Positions 50,060 to 63,404 of a DNA stretch of 64,000 nt are shown here, in pieces. The DNA is from Camelus ferus (lineage: Eukaryota). The position numbers and the translations under genes were made by a program. Numbering within the stretch: the stretch's first letter is position 1; each line of letters starts with the position of its first letter. The DNA lies in contig NC_045696.1 of the NCBI RefSeq assembly GCF_009834535.1, positions 46,626,001-46,690,000 on the forward strand. The letters are read 5' to 3'. Below the pieces are notes generated by a model. That model made no database searches and was not told where the DNA came from. It worked only from the letters and a program-made list of their open reading frames with translations.

Positions 50060-51478
50060 CTTACTATATGAGAACAGAAATTGAGATGCTTTTGGAAACT
50101 ATTGGATCTACCACTACTGACACGGGGGCTAAAGTTGAGGATTTATTGATGCCTCAAGTTTTAGGCATTATGGTGGCAGCATTTACAGAAATCATAATGT
50201 TGCTGGGAGAGTTGGACCAGAATTTTAAATGCTGTTTTGTCTTCCAGGCCTGTTTTAGGGGTAGTGAGACGATGATACCTTCAGATATGGTTGAGAGCCA
50301 GGGGAGTGTCCCTGGGAGCTTAGCTTCCGTTCTAGTCTGGAGTCCTCTCCCACGTAACGTCCTCACGTTTACAGAGCTGCTCAACAGGTATTCCTCTATG
50401 TTCATAACAATTATCGCTGCAAGAAATTCTGAAATCTTCTCTTGGAAAAATAACACAGTGAAAACCATGGTGACAGTTATGTATCAAATTATATGACATC
50501 TCAAAAAAATCTCTGAACCACATTTTTATTCCTTTTCTGACTACCATGACATAAGAAACATGATTGTAGAAATCTCTTTCACTAAACATTAGGAAAAAAC
50601 CCCTCACTTTTGGAGCTGTAATACTGGATGGTTATGATTACAGAAATTATAGGTCAGCTCCCTGGGACTAATGACACCGTGGAACGGAGGACGCGTGTCA
50701 AGGAGAACAATGAGGGATTTGATTTGCGCTTCTCGTGGGCCCCGACACTGTTGTGGCCTGTTGCTTATCATAATACTCCACATGCACATGTTTAGCTTTT
50801 TGCATCGGTAAGTCCAGAAGCACTGTACTAACATTAGCTTAATCGCTGCGAGAGCCTTGAATTGAAAGGCTGTTTTATTTAAGTGGAAGTCATGGGTCTC
50901 CCTCCTTTACAATTTTGAAGGAAGCTCGCATTTTCTAAGTTTGAGTGACAGGTCAGAATGATGCCATAATGTCTCGGTCCTCTGCCTGTCTCTGTCCTGA
51001 GCCTAGTGTGATTCTGCGAGGCTTGGAGGTGGTTGTTCCTTGCTGGACAAAATCGTCCTCTGCCTGAGCCTCTGTGGACTTACAAGCCGAAACACAGTGA
51101 ATTATTGACACAAAATGCTTACTTATTGATACACAGGCAGCACAGCCTGCTGTCCCTCACCCCTGGGAAAGCATTACTCCGATATGAAAAATCATGAACC
51201 AGACTCGATTATAACACCTTGAGAAAGCGAAAGATGCGCTGACACGGGTCACACAAACGCCACTGCAGCCGTCAGCCCCACGGGCGTGGGGGAGGTATTC
51301 TCAGTTTTCACCGAGGCTCCTGAAACAAGCTAGGAAAATGGAGTAGCCAGAAATCCTCACCTGGAAGTGCAGAAACAGAACTGCTTTAGTACTTTCGAAC
51401 AGGACCCAGTAGGTTCCCGTACCATTCCTATGGTTCTGTAAATAGCCACAGAGTGGGATGACAGCCCATCCCTCTAAG

Positions 51479-51648
51479 GCAGTGATTCTCAAACTGTCAC
51501 GGTCCTGAGACGGCTGGAAGGCTTGTTAACACACAGATTGCCGGGCCCCTTCCAGGAGGTCTGGGTGGGACCTGAGAATTTTCATTTCCGACAAGTTCCA
51601 GGCGATGCCCATGCTGCCAGTCCAGGGACCACGCCTGGACAACCAGCT
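51479..51648. mobile_element. MER5A-like hAT MITE
   Basis: cagtgattctcaaact..ggcttgttaacacacagattgccgggcccc..ggtctgggtgggacctgagaattttcattt..caagttccaggcgatg..gggaccac. Confidence 0.8.
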
Positions 51649-53164
51649 CCTAAAGAAAGCATATGAAATTCTCATTTTACCCATACCACATTTTTTTGAT
51701 TGAGTCTCGTTGACTAAAGTTTCACATGGTCTGGACTGCTTTTTCAGACATAGTGGGTCTAAATATTCAGACACTTCAGTGGTGAGTCAGCCTCCAGTAA
51801 AGAGCACTGGCCATGACATTGGCCATGCAAAAATTTAAGGGTTCCCTTTGTGCCCCTTAACGGGACCAGCTAAGCAGAGGCATGATGGCTTGATTCAGAG
51901 AGGCTGCAGGCACGAGGCGCAGGCGTGTACCTGGTTAGGTGATGACAGGAATGTCTCCTAGATGCCCACTCGGCTCTGGAGAAGAACACACCCACCCCGC
52001 CCTCCCCACCGCCCCGCTCAGCGGCAGGGTTCTCCGCACATCTCTGTTTGGGGCTTGTAGGAGAAGTGGCAGGCTCCTAGGGAAGTGTTGCTGCCTTTGT
52101 TCTCTCAGTGGTGCAGCAAATTATACCTTCCCACAGGTTAGACTGACTCAGCTGTGTTTCCTCGAGCAGCACTCTGCTTTCCTGAGGCACGGAAACCGCT
52201 TCGCACACCTACCGCTGTTCTTTTGTGAGAGGAGATGGGTTTCCCTGGGAGTGTATGTGTGTGTGTGTGTTTAAGAAAAACCTCCAGCACCTTAATTGCA
52301 GGTTTCTTAATAGCACTGTATGAAAACACTCATAGCTTACAGGTATTTATATAATCTGTGTCCTTAGAGTATCTCTTGAGCAGCTTTTTGATCTTTGAGG
52401 TTTTATTCCCCCCTTCTCATTTACTCTGCTTCACTTAGATGAAATTCCTTTTCCATCTGTGCCACAAGTTTTCTGTTTTACAGTGACTAACAACTTCGGG
52501 CTGGGAAAGCACGATGAGACTCCAGGTTTTGGACTCTGCTGATGGTCTACGATGGGCAGCCTCTCCTTTTCCTGTCTGCTGTACTACATGGAAAATGGAA
52601 AGAACTTCACTGGGTACTGCAGAGAGGAAAACCACAGGTTCATCATGTAGACGGCAGTGAGTGATCTACTCGAAAACCTTAACTACGAGGGCATAATTAA
52701 TCCTCTTCCAGTTCCGTACCTCACAGCCCATTTTTCTCTCCCAGGGGGCCACTCTGGTGCATTTGAAGGAGGGTGTGGATGTCTGCCTTCACCCCAGACT
52801 CAGAGGGCTGCAGGAGTCTCCTCCCAACATAAGTCCTTTTCCTTAACAGCCAAGTAAGACCCTACCATCATCAGTCATGGTGACTCACACAGAATAGGTG
52901 CTTCTAGGTGACTTGTGAATGAATGAATAAACAACGAGTATCATTTGTAAGTGTAGCCAAGCCCTCCATGAACCTAGGAATACATCCAAGCTATGACAAA
53001 TTATGGGTTAGTGAGTTCTGTAAGTTTACTTTTTGCCTTGGCAAATATTATTTCCTTTTTTTTTTTTTTTTGCCTTAAAATTGTCTTTTCCAGAAGATTG
53101 CAAAGAGGAAGGAGAGCATATTCTAACATTCTGGGAGCTGTTCAAGACAAAGACAGTCGACTCA

Positions 53165-53690
53165 CGTATTAGTTAACTTGTGGCTGTCTAATCAATCCCC
53201 CTGCAGTCCAGCAGGTAAAAACGATAAGCATTTATTATCACACAAGGTTTCTGAGGTGTGGTCTTGGCTCAGGGTCTCTCAAGTTGCAGTCAAGGTGTTC
53301 TAGGGTTGCAGTGATCTGAAGGCTTGACCGGGGCTAGCGGAGCTGCTTCCAAGACGGCTCATCGCATGGTTGTTGGCAGGATCCAAGGATTCCAAATTTC
53401 TGAAGCACATGTGCTTCTCAGTAGGGAAACTGACTTTCCTCACATGACTGCTGGCCTCCTCCAGAGCAAGCGGTCCAAGAGAGGGCAAGAAGTGAGGAGA
53501 GAGCCACAGCGCCTTTTGTGATTTAAAATTCTAGACTCCAAAGTTTCACACTACTACCTCCACTTGATTTTATTTCTTAGAAGCAGGTCAGAAGGTCCCA
53601 TGTTTGAGGAAAGGGAATTAACCGCCACCTCTTAGAAGAAAGAATAACAACAAAAAAGAATTGTGTGCATATTTTAACACCACTATAATG
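53165..53690 (-). mobile_element. MaLR MLT1-type solo LTR
   Basis: catttattatcacaca..ggctcagggtctctc..gcagtcaaggtgt..ggcttgaccggggct..tccaagacggctca..cctcacatgactgctggc. Confidence 0.75.
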
Positions 53691-54009
53691 AACAATAAAA
53701 TTAGGTGATGGAAGTATTTTTAGTAGTAAAAATAAGTAGTGCCTGGTAAAATCAAGTAGCAGACTTATAGACATCAATTCTTTTTACAGACACTAAAGGT
53801 GTCCTACTCGGGGGCGGGGGTGACATGACATTTTGAAGTCAGAAAAGGCTTGCTGGCACACACATGTTGCTTATGTGTGTTAAAGCATATCTAAACTACA
53901 CATCTAGCCATTGTTTGAGTTCCTTCTACCAGCCTCTGCTTTGAGAAAGGGAAAGTGGACTTTTTGCTTTCTGGGGCAGCCCAATATACTTAAAGAGAAC
54001 TTTTAAAAT

Positions 54010-54610
54010 ATTAATTTATTCTGTTTATTCAGTCATTCAACTGTCACAAAGAGTTTGCAATGTGTCAAACAATCCTAAGCCTTTGGTATACAAAATGAAT
54101 CATGAAGACATGATTTTTATTTCGGAGAGAGTAAAACCTAATGGGGCAGAATGTCATGTGAAAAAACAACCAACAGCATGAGGGGGTTGTGGTCCATAGT
54201 TCACATATAGGGAGCTCTGGGTTCCCAGCATAGTAACTCTTCCCTGGGTGGTGACTGATGTGGGAGAGGGTGGAAGAAGGACAGGCGGAAGTTTGATGGA
54301 AAAAGTAACCTTTGAGTTAAGCCGTGAGAGATAAGGAAGAGTGCATTAGGGAAAGGAGAGGTAAGAAGACTCCAGGCAGAACCATGACATGTACAAATGT
54401 ACAGAGGCAGGAAGCCATGCGGATTCATCCAAGAAGTAACAGGTATTGTGTTCTGGGTGGAGCAAGCATGGAGAACTAAAACATGGGGATGGAAAGGCAT
54501 TTTGCAGACAGTTGTTAGAGGTCTTATACATTGTGCTGCGAAGCTTAATCCTCATTATCAATAGTCTCCAAGGTGGGGTAAGTCTACCCTGATGAGTGAT
54601 CACTAAGGAA
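54010..54610 (-). mobile_element. L2 LINE fragment (further pieces at ~55840-56460)
   Basis: ttattcagtcattcaac..aaaatgaatcatgaagacat..ggaagagtgcattaggg..catgtacaaatgtacagaggcagga; ggacaactgaagatacggatctagagttcagggagag. Confidence 0.6.
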
Positions 54611-54617
54611 AGAAAAA

Positions 54618-54978
54618 TGTTATGGACTGAATGTTTGTGTTCCTCCTAAATTCGTCTGTTGAAACCCACCCCCAGTATGATTCTATTAGGAAGTGGGGTC
54701 TTTGGGAAGAAATTAGGATTAGGTGAGATCATGAGGGTGGAGCTCTTGTGAATGGCATTAGTGTCCTTATGAGGGTCATAAGAAAGTTTGCCTCTGCTCT
54801 CGTTCTGCCATGTGAGGATACAGTGAGAAATCGGTGACTGAAAACAAGGTCCTGACCATGCTGACACCCTGGTCACAGACTTCCAGGCTCCAGAGCTGTA
54901 AGAAACAAATATTTGTTATTTTAACCATCCAATGTATGCTCTTTTGTTATGGCAGCCTTGCCTTGACAGACTAATACA
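54618..54978 (+). mobile_element. MaLR MLT1-type solo LTR
   Basis: tgttatggactgaatgtttgtgttcctcc..tttgggaagaaattagg..atgagggtggagc..gacttccaggctccagagctgtaagaaac..gactaataca. Confidence 0.9.
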
Positions 54979-55199
54979 AAAGTGTTAGAAATTCTATTGA
55001 TGCTTACTTATTTTAACAAACAAGAAAGTAATGAAGCCTTGCTAATATATACTGTATGAATTGAGAGATGGCATATTAGGCAAAAGCATTTCTCAGATGG
55101 TATAGATATTTCTAGGATAAAATGAACAGAATTTGATGCTTGAGTATCGATAGAGCTAATAACTGAAATTCTAACTTTGAGTGATAAGAAAATGTCAGG

Positions 55200-55693
55200 T
55201 GATGGGGTCCAGGGCAGGCTGTCCCCAAGTGTACCACTTTGGCATATCAAATATTTTAAATTAAAATTACTTAAGAAACAGCCAGTATAAGAAGGACACT
55301 CTGACCCTCTTTTCCCCCTGAAAGCAGGAAATACATCTCTCATGTGAAAGGTACCCTCTCTGTACCAAGAGGTAGAGAGACATCCTTATCACCAGAGATA
55401 GGGCATTAAGGCTGAGAAGGCTGTGTAAATAAACCTTGTTACTTTTTAACTAATTATTACCCCAAGCCCAAAGTTCTTTGTCTGTCAATTCATCACTAAT
55501 TTATCATTTCTCTGTCTAAAAGGTATAAAAGCCCCTTGTTTTGGTCTCTTCTTTGGGTCCTGTATCTATAAGACTTCCATTCATACAAAATTAAAAAAAT
55601 TTTTTCCTCCTGTTACTCTGCCTTGTGTCCACTTAATTATTAGATCAACCAAGAGAACCAAGCAGAGTAGGGGGAATGTTCCCCTCCCCGACA
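55200..55693 (+). mobile_element. MER34-like ERV1 solo LTR with 4-bp TSD (CAGG)
   Basis: tgatggggtccaggg..ccactttggcatatc..cccctccccgaCA; CAGG at 55196-55199 and 55694-55697. Confidence 0.9.
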
Positions 55694-58054
55694 CAGGACT
55701 GCCTAGTGCAAGATGTGGTGCAGTCCGTACTCTCCACAAAGACGTTCAGCAGAGTGGGTGCAAGGGCTAGAGTCTCCCCTGAGTGCCACAGTCCAGTCTG
55801 GTGTAGGGCTGAGAAGGATACCTTTTGTAATTCACCCAAGACCTGGGGTGTGTCAGTAAGGGCTCTGGCAATGGGACAGAGATTGAGGAGGAGTGGATTA
55901 GGGGTGTAGGGAGAACTTTGAGTTTGATTTTAAATGTGTTGTCTTTGTATTTTGGGGGGACATTCAACTGGCATGCCCAGTGGACAACTGAAGATACGGA
56001 TCTAGAGTTCAGGGAGAGATGATGAGGAGAGAGGAGGATTTTGGAAATAATTAGAGAAAAGTCTGGGCATTGTTAAGATCATGGGTAGGCATGTAGCTTG
56101 AAAAGGGGCAAGGGTAAACTAATTGAAGGCACCAGTAGAGTCAGAGGAGCCAGCGGAGTGACAAGAAATAACAAGAGTGAGAAAGAAAACCAGGGAAAGG
56201 GCATCATAGGAACTGTGGTAGGAGAGAATTTCAAGAAAGGAATGGCCAAGGGAGAAAGATGAAGTAAATGAGAAGAAAAACATTCTCTATTAGATTTGGA
56301 ATTAGGAAATTGTTAATTCCTTTAGAAAGACTTGTTTCTCCGGAGCAATGAGCGCAGATACCTGATTATGTGATTGAAGAGCGAAATGGAGGTGGGAAAA
56401 TCAAAACTAGAAATGTACAATATACGAATTATTAAGAAGTTTGCACAAGAAAGGAAGGGAAGGGATTAAGTCCATATGGACCCTTTTAATACGCCTCAGA
56501 TTTTCACTGAGTGAGTATCCAGTTTCTCTTGGCCTGATGTGCAAGCTGTGTCTCTCCTTATATGTGAATCAGGCCTCTGCCTTCCCAGTAGATTTTCCCT
56601 GCTTGGTGGCTTGACAGCATTTCTTGATGTCCAGCATTGAAGCAAGTTTCCAGATGTGCGTCCAACGGGACTTGTGCAAAGGTTGAAGAATAGTTTTCAT
56701 TTTGTTTCTAATTCTCATTTTAATGATGACTAGAGCTTATTTCCCGGCAGCACACTGGCCCCACATCTCTGGGATACTTTCTAATGCAGACTCCTTCCTC
56801 TCCAGAATTTTCATACATGTTCTTTGCACATAAAAGACATGGAATATTCATTATTGGGATAGATCATGTCAGAGTTCATCATTTTATAAGTAATTTTTAT
56901 TCTCTTTTTTCTTAAAGGTATTTTCTCTTGATTTACCCATCCTGAAGCTCAAATGTCACATTACGTCCCACATAGACTTAACTGTTTCTTTTAGTATACC
57001 ATTAATATGGCCTGAAAACGTTTACTGTCTTTATGTCCCTGGAAGTGTTCTTTCTCTCGCAGTCCCTCTTCCTGAGAATCTACAGGACAGGTTAAATGCC
57101 ACTTTTTCCTGGAGTCTTTGCTACTTATGCGTCTCTGTCCAGAGAAGTACTTGTTTGCCTCTAAACTTGGATTTCTGGCTCAAAATCTGTATTTCTTAAC
57201 ATTCCCCTCAGTGGGTCCCCACTCCAATGCAGGGTGTGTTGTTTTAAATCATCTTTAAAGTAAAACCTTGTTGAAAGTCTTTAAAATATGGAAATAAAGC
57301 AAGTTGCCTAGTATCTCATATTTTCATGCCCAATACCTCAAAAAGTCTGGCAACTCTATGGGGAATAATTTCTTCTGATAGCAACTGTATGGCTTTACTT
57401 GTGATACGTGCTTAAATGTTTAGTGATTTTACAGTTTATGATATTATAATTTTGCTCAGTTCTCTGAGGTCTGTCAGCCAAGGTCCTTATCAACAATGGC
57501 AGGATGCCCGTTTTGATCAATATGTACACATTCCTGCTCTAAATTCCCTCACAATGCTTGGGTGGGTGCCCGTGATTTATTTATTTCCATTTGCCAATTA
57601 GGTCTAGATAGGCATGCTAATAGACTCACTGGAGGAAGACAGAAAGAAACCTTGAAAGAAAAGAGCTGAACCAAAAAAACAGAAACTTTTCTGCTCTCTA
57701 AATTTAGAACAAATCCATCACTATCTTTGTTTTACCTCAATTAACTTTATCCTTCTGAATTCATATAGTTTCCAAAGAAATTTTGCAGCCTGGAGTATTC
57801 CTCCGTTAGTCTGAACTTTAAAAGTTCTTGGGCAACGTATAGTCCATGTGATCTGGAATCTGAGTATACTGGTAGTTCATTATTGTGATGGCGCTTGTGG
57901 GCTTCTGGAACGTAATGTCTATATTTAATGGTATTTGTGGCTTGCCCCTGGCTGGCAATTACCTGCAAAGTGTAGTGGCTGGATTAAAAGTGTGATTGCA
58001 GCAGCCCATTTTAAGAGGTATCCTACTGGCTCCTTGATGATAATTTGACCTAAA

Positions 58055-58087
58055 GCGTGTGTGTGTGTGTGCGCGCCCGCGCGTGCG
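58055..58087. repeat. Alternating purine-pyrimidine tract (TG)n(CG)n
   Basis: gcgtgtgtgtgtgtgtgcgcgcccgcgcgtgcg. Confidence 0.85.
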
Positions 58088-58929
58088 GTGCACTGCCATT
58101 TCCGCATTCCTCCTGAACAGTAAGAGGAAAATTTCCGGGGAACTGAACAATTCAAATAATAAATTTCTTCAATATTGGCCTTGCTCAGCTAGCTGAATAT
58201 TCTCAGTAAAACAGCAGTTGGCTGTCCTGAACCCACCCCTCAGGCAAGAGATGCCCAGTATGTGGAGAACGCGCCAAGTCTGCATGTGGCCATGACAACA
58301 GGAGGCTGTGATGGAAGCGTCTGGTCCCAGGAGAGCTCTGTGGGCCACAGAGCTTAGAGACTGTCAGGAGTTGCTGATGAGTCAACCATTTTGTATTCAT
58401 TTGTCTCTGGTGAGTGAAGCAGCAGCTGTCACCTTTTTATACTCCTAAAAAAAAAAAAAAAAAGCAGCCCTGCACAGCTTGGATTACTAAGCAAGGTTAC
58501 CTCCACCACTGACATTGAAATACTGATGTTGCATCTATGCAGAGTTGGCTGTGAACAAAGTATCACACAACCCAGGACTTGAGGTCCCCACTGCTGTGCA
58601 AAGGGCAGCATAAAGCCAACAGCAGCAAGAACTCAGCAAATAGATAAACCTCAGTCCTCAGAGGCTTTCGTTTTTTGAATGGAGCAGTAGAAAGCTTGTG
58701 GCCATGGTTCTCTGGTTGATATATTGCCTTAACAGTTTTCATTATTTTATTTCCATTTAGAATAGAAATTAGTGAAAATGTCTGCCAGTGATTAACAGTT
58801 CATATGTTACAAAGAAACTTTCTTTTAGGTTTTATACATTTTTCATATTGTAAAGCCAATATTTAATCACTGTAGTAACATTAGAAAGCAGAAATAAGCC
58901 AAATAAAACTATAAATATCTAACACTTTT

Positions 58930-59120
58930 ATTGCCCTTATGACATGCTAGACACTGCTCTAAATGATTTCATGTTAGGCCATTTAATTCTCAAAGCAAAC
59001 TTCTGAGGTAGGCTTGTAACCTAGCCCCATCGTAGAGGTAAGGAAACTGAGGCACAGAGAGGTTAAACAACGTTCCCCAAGTCCCACGACAGCCTGGCTC
59101 CAAAGTCTGTGCTCTTTGCC
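58930..59120 (-). mobile_element. MIR SINE
   Basis: ccatttaattctca..ctgaggtagg..aggaaactgaggcacagagaggttaa..ctggctccaaagtctgtgctct. Confidence 0.85.
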
Positions 59121-60316
59121 ACCTGCTGGGCTTCTCCCTGTGACCACTTACCCTGGCCCTCACTCTCCAATCACTTACAGTTAACTTAGTGGACAGCATT
59201 CCGGACCTTTTTCTATTACTATAAAAAAAGAATATGTGATTCACTAGTATATCACATATAAGTATATTTTCTATGGACATCCTATTTATTTTCTACCAGG
59301 ACTCAACAGAGGCATTTTTATTTTTCCAACTTTATGAATGAAGAAACAAGCTTGGAGGGGCTGAGTAATTTGCCCCAAATCTCACAAATTTGGTGGAAGG
59401 CAAACCTTTTTGCAGGTGCGTTACCTCCACCAAAGGGATTCTTTTCTCTGTACGAAGCTGCCTCACTGATTTTCAGTTTTGATTTTGATGAAAGCACACA
59501 CACCATTTGTTGTTGCCTGATGTGTTTCCGGGTGGAAGGCAATTAGTCGGTATAGTGGCTCTCTCAGTGTCCCACCCAGATGCAGTGCTGGCTGGTGACC
59601 ACGGCCAGCTGTCCTCTTCTCTAGAGAACTGCCTTTGGTTAACATCACCCATCTCAGGATCTGTATCTCGGAAACCTGACTTGGGACAGGCAGGGAACTC
59701 TGGTGTTGACAACGTGAATACCCGCTGTAGAACAAAACTCAGCAAAGCTGCCTTTCAGAACTCTGCAACACTGTTCATAATTTTTAACCATACAGTTTGC
59801 CTTGAATTAATAGGGACATTTTCTTCCAAAAAGTCCAGTGACTATTTTTTCAAAGTGTTTCATTAAAATGTTTTGTAAAAGTGACTTACATGGACCAAAG
59901 AAAACCCTAAAAACCACTTTAAGCATATTTAACTAAGGGTCATTTCTCATGTTTCCATATTTTCAGGCTTTAATGCTTTTCTATTTCGAATCAATTACTT
60001 TCTATTCGTTTTTTAAGCACACGTATTTCGGAGGTATAGCAGGAGAATAGCTATGAATAACTATCCTGCCTCCTTCTTTAATTTCACAGTACCCCCGTCT
60101 GCCCCCATCTCCTTTGCTGAAAATTTCCTTTTCCCCATCACCATAATCTCATGGTTAGCTTTCTCTTACCATTTGTACATCCGGCTGTTAAGGCTCCCTG
60201 GATTGCAGCCCTCTCACTGGGTCCTCTCTCCTGACACAATGCTTTCACTTCTGCCCAACTTTCCTCCTTTCAAGCCATACGTAGGTACAAAATCTAAAAT
60301 TTTTAAATTGATTATT

Positions 60317-60497
60317 TAGATTAGAAAAAAAAAGTTTCTTCTGTATAGCACAGGGAACTATGTTCAATATCTTGTAATAACCTTTAATGAAAAAGAATAT
60401 GAAAATGAATATATGTATGTATATGCATGACTGGGACATTGTACTGTACACCAGAGATTGACACACTGTAACTGACTGTACTTCAATTAAAAAAAAT
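60317..60497 (+). mobile_element. 5'-truncated camelid-type L1 3' end
   Basis: ttctgtatagcacagggaactatgttcaatatcttgtaataacctttaatgaaaaagaatatgaaaatgaatatatg..gattgacacactgtaactgactgtacttcaattaaaaaaaa. Confidence 0.85.
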
Positions 60498-61099
60498 TAA
60501 ATATTGAATACAGTTACTATCATCAATTCATAACCTGGGAGTGTTTGAGCAATACTGTAATTTTTCAGAAATGGAAATCTCATCAAAATACTATGTGTTT
60601 GAATTTTCTGGTCTTTCTGTTTCCATCCCCATCCCAGCTGATACATTATTTTTTGTTTTTATTATTGCAGGAGCCTCGGAGCTGATCTGCCTGCCTCCCT
60701 TCCCATCCCCATCAATCTGTCCTCTTTAGGGCTGTTAATCTGTCTGAACCTTGTCTCATCATGGCATGACCATGCTCAAGGACTCTCCCCTGGCTCTCAT
60801 TAGTTATTGAAAACCATCTTAAATACTCTTTAGACCAATCCAGCAAATCCCTTATATATGTAGAACTGGAATAAAAGCACAAATAAGACTTCTGGTTTAC
60901 TTGTCTTCTCTTCTCAACCCCATCCCACCACAAAGGGCCAAGCAGACATGTGTTTGAACACCTAGTCTACAATCAAATTCTGTCCATAACCCTCCAGGCT
61001 CCATCTGGAAATTCTCACTCTTTGGCCACTCTTGGCTCTAGGGGTGTCCATTAAGTGACCCTGATTAAATTAAAATTATAGAAATCACATGCAATTCGT

Positions 61100-62830
61100 T
61101 GACTGTCTTTTAAGTCTCTTTTCATGACTGTCTTTTTAATCTCCTTTCATCTAATCTCTTCCTCTATCTCTTTTTTCTTCCTTGCAGTTTTTTTGCAGAG
61201 ACACTGGAGTTTTCGTCATGCAGGGTTTCTCAGTCTGGCTTTAGCTGAGTGAACCCCCATGAAGTCGTGGCTCTGTCCCCGGTATTTCCTGTAATTGCTG
61301 AGGATAGAAACTTGCTCTGAGTCAAGTTTGATATTTTTGGCAAAACTACTCCACTTGCAAACTCCCCACATCTCAGGGGCTTACTTGGGCTAATACTATT
61401 TCTTGCTCACAAGGCTTGCAGATCAACTCTTCTCTCCTCCAGGCTGTGGGTTGTGTCACGGTTCTCTCCTTGTCACTCGGGCACTCGGGCTGAGGAAGCA
61501 GCCACTCCCTAGTGCTTGCCATTTCCAAGGCTGAAGACAGAAGCTCAACAAAGGAAGATCCAAACCGTGCAGATGTACTTGCTTCTGTTTGGAGGTGGCA
61601 TATGTCAGATTTGCTCACATTATTCAAAGGCAATCTCATGACCAAGTTTAAAGTCCCTGGGGCATGCCAGATCAGGACAAGCTTGAAGAGGAGATGAACG
61701 ACTACGAACAGATAGATGTTATGCAGTTTGTTTTTGTTTGTTTGTTTACTGCTATTGTTAGAATCATTAAATCATAAAGGGTGCGAAATGGTGCCGTTCT
61801 AATCCTACCATTTTTCTATCTGGAGTTGGAGTATTATATAAAGAGAAATTTCTCCTCATTAACTATTTGTCTTAAGGTACCATTTTTAAAGGAAAGGCAA
61901 GATGAATACTTGATGCTTTCTCTTTGCTTGTTTACTATCAAAATACAGTTTGTTTCCTACTGTCTTTCTGAGTGACCCATGAGCACTTGAAGGGGTATCA
62001 CTGTGAACTCATGGACTGACACACATTTGACACATTGCATTCTACCGAAGTTACCCTTGATATTATCCTTATGGACCAACGGGAGCCTATTCCAGTCCCC
62101 GAGAATCTGACCCTGGGGTATGTGCATATTTTCCTTGTTTTCTGGTATAAGATGTTTCAGGCTCATCTTGTTCATTTTCTGCCCCAGATTTGGAATCTGA
62201 CATTTCTCCAAGAAACTCTGGTTTTTTCCTTAGTGGAAAATTGTATTTAGAGCCTATAATCTTGGCACTAAAAGTGTTCTTTGCTACTGGGTTAGTCATT
62301 GTTTCTAGGTCTTTTCAGTGTACAGAGTTCTTTTTTTTTTAATGTGTTTTGGTTTTAGATAAAAATGCATTATGAATTCACATCAATACTTCCAATTTAA
62401 ACTCAGGGTTTTTGCCTAATCTCTCACATGCTCAAATCTGATCCTGATTCAAATAGTTAAAATATAATATGACAACCTGGGAAAGGTAAACACTGAGGGC
62501 AAACTGATGATAGTAAGGAATTGTTACTATTTTTTAGGTGTAATAATGTTATTGTATTTTTATTTCTAAAAGAAAGCCCTATGTCTTCCAGCGAGACATA
62601 CATACTGAAGTATTTATTGATGAAATTCCATGTTATGTGGGATTTGCTTCAAGAGAATCCAAGAGCTGAGTGGGAGAAGAGGACAGTGTGTGGAAGAAAG
62701 GAAACCAGTCACGAGTTGTTAACTGTTTTATCTGGGAGATGAGTACACGGAGATTTGTTATTCTAATCTCTTTATATTTGTATATGTTTAAATATTTAAT
62801 AATACATTTTTTAAAAAGATGCACTAGAAG
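61100..62830. mobile_element. Mosaic of old L1M fragments with an MLT-like insert
   Basis: tataagatgtttcaggctcatcttg..gacatttctccaagaaactctgg..; ttttaggtgtaataatgttattg..catactgaagtattt..gatttgcttcaa. Pieces appear in mixed orientation. Confidence 0.5.
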
Positions 62831-63404
62831 AATATTTAATTACATGGGACAATGTTCACATTATACAATTAAGTGCAAAGGTGCGTATGCTACTTTTACA
62901 AAAATAAGCCTATTTGTAGAAGGAAAAAAAAATATATACGTATTAAAGTCTGCAAGAACTGACCCTAAGTGATGAATGGTCCTCTCTCTGTGACAGATTG
63001 TTTTCATTTTAGTTTTTGGGTTTTTCTGTATATTTTAATTTTTCAATATGAACATGTAGTATTTTCACAATCAGACCGAAAAATAAAGGTTATTGACTAA
63101 GTGACTTTAAAACAATGAATACTATTCTACTTCCTTGCTTGTATGCTTTTAAGATAATGGCATCTCCCAGTTTCAGGCTCTTACCACATGCTGTTGGACT
63201 GTAGCCGCCTGAAAGCCTGTGCCCACTCCTCTCCTCCTGTCATCTTCCTCAAGCTGCATCTTTCCCGTCCCGGGCGGCCCTCATCTTTCTTCTACGCCTG
63301 GACGTCCAGAGCCATAAAAGTCAGGACCTTAACTCAAAGTAGGGAAGGACACAACTTTACTTCTCCCTGCTCAATGTTTCTTCTCCGTCCCTTGTCTGGC
63401 TGAA

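Noticed and set aside
50068..50496. 142-aa + strand ORF as a membrane protein
   Set aside because: No recognisable homology or gene context; it starts at an LTR edge and its length is compatible with chance.
60296..60510. TSD around the L1 3' end at 60.3-60.5 kb
   Set aside because: The flanks are AT-rich and only loosely similar, so no TSD can be called.
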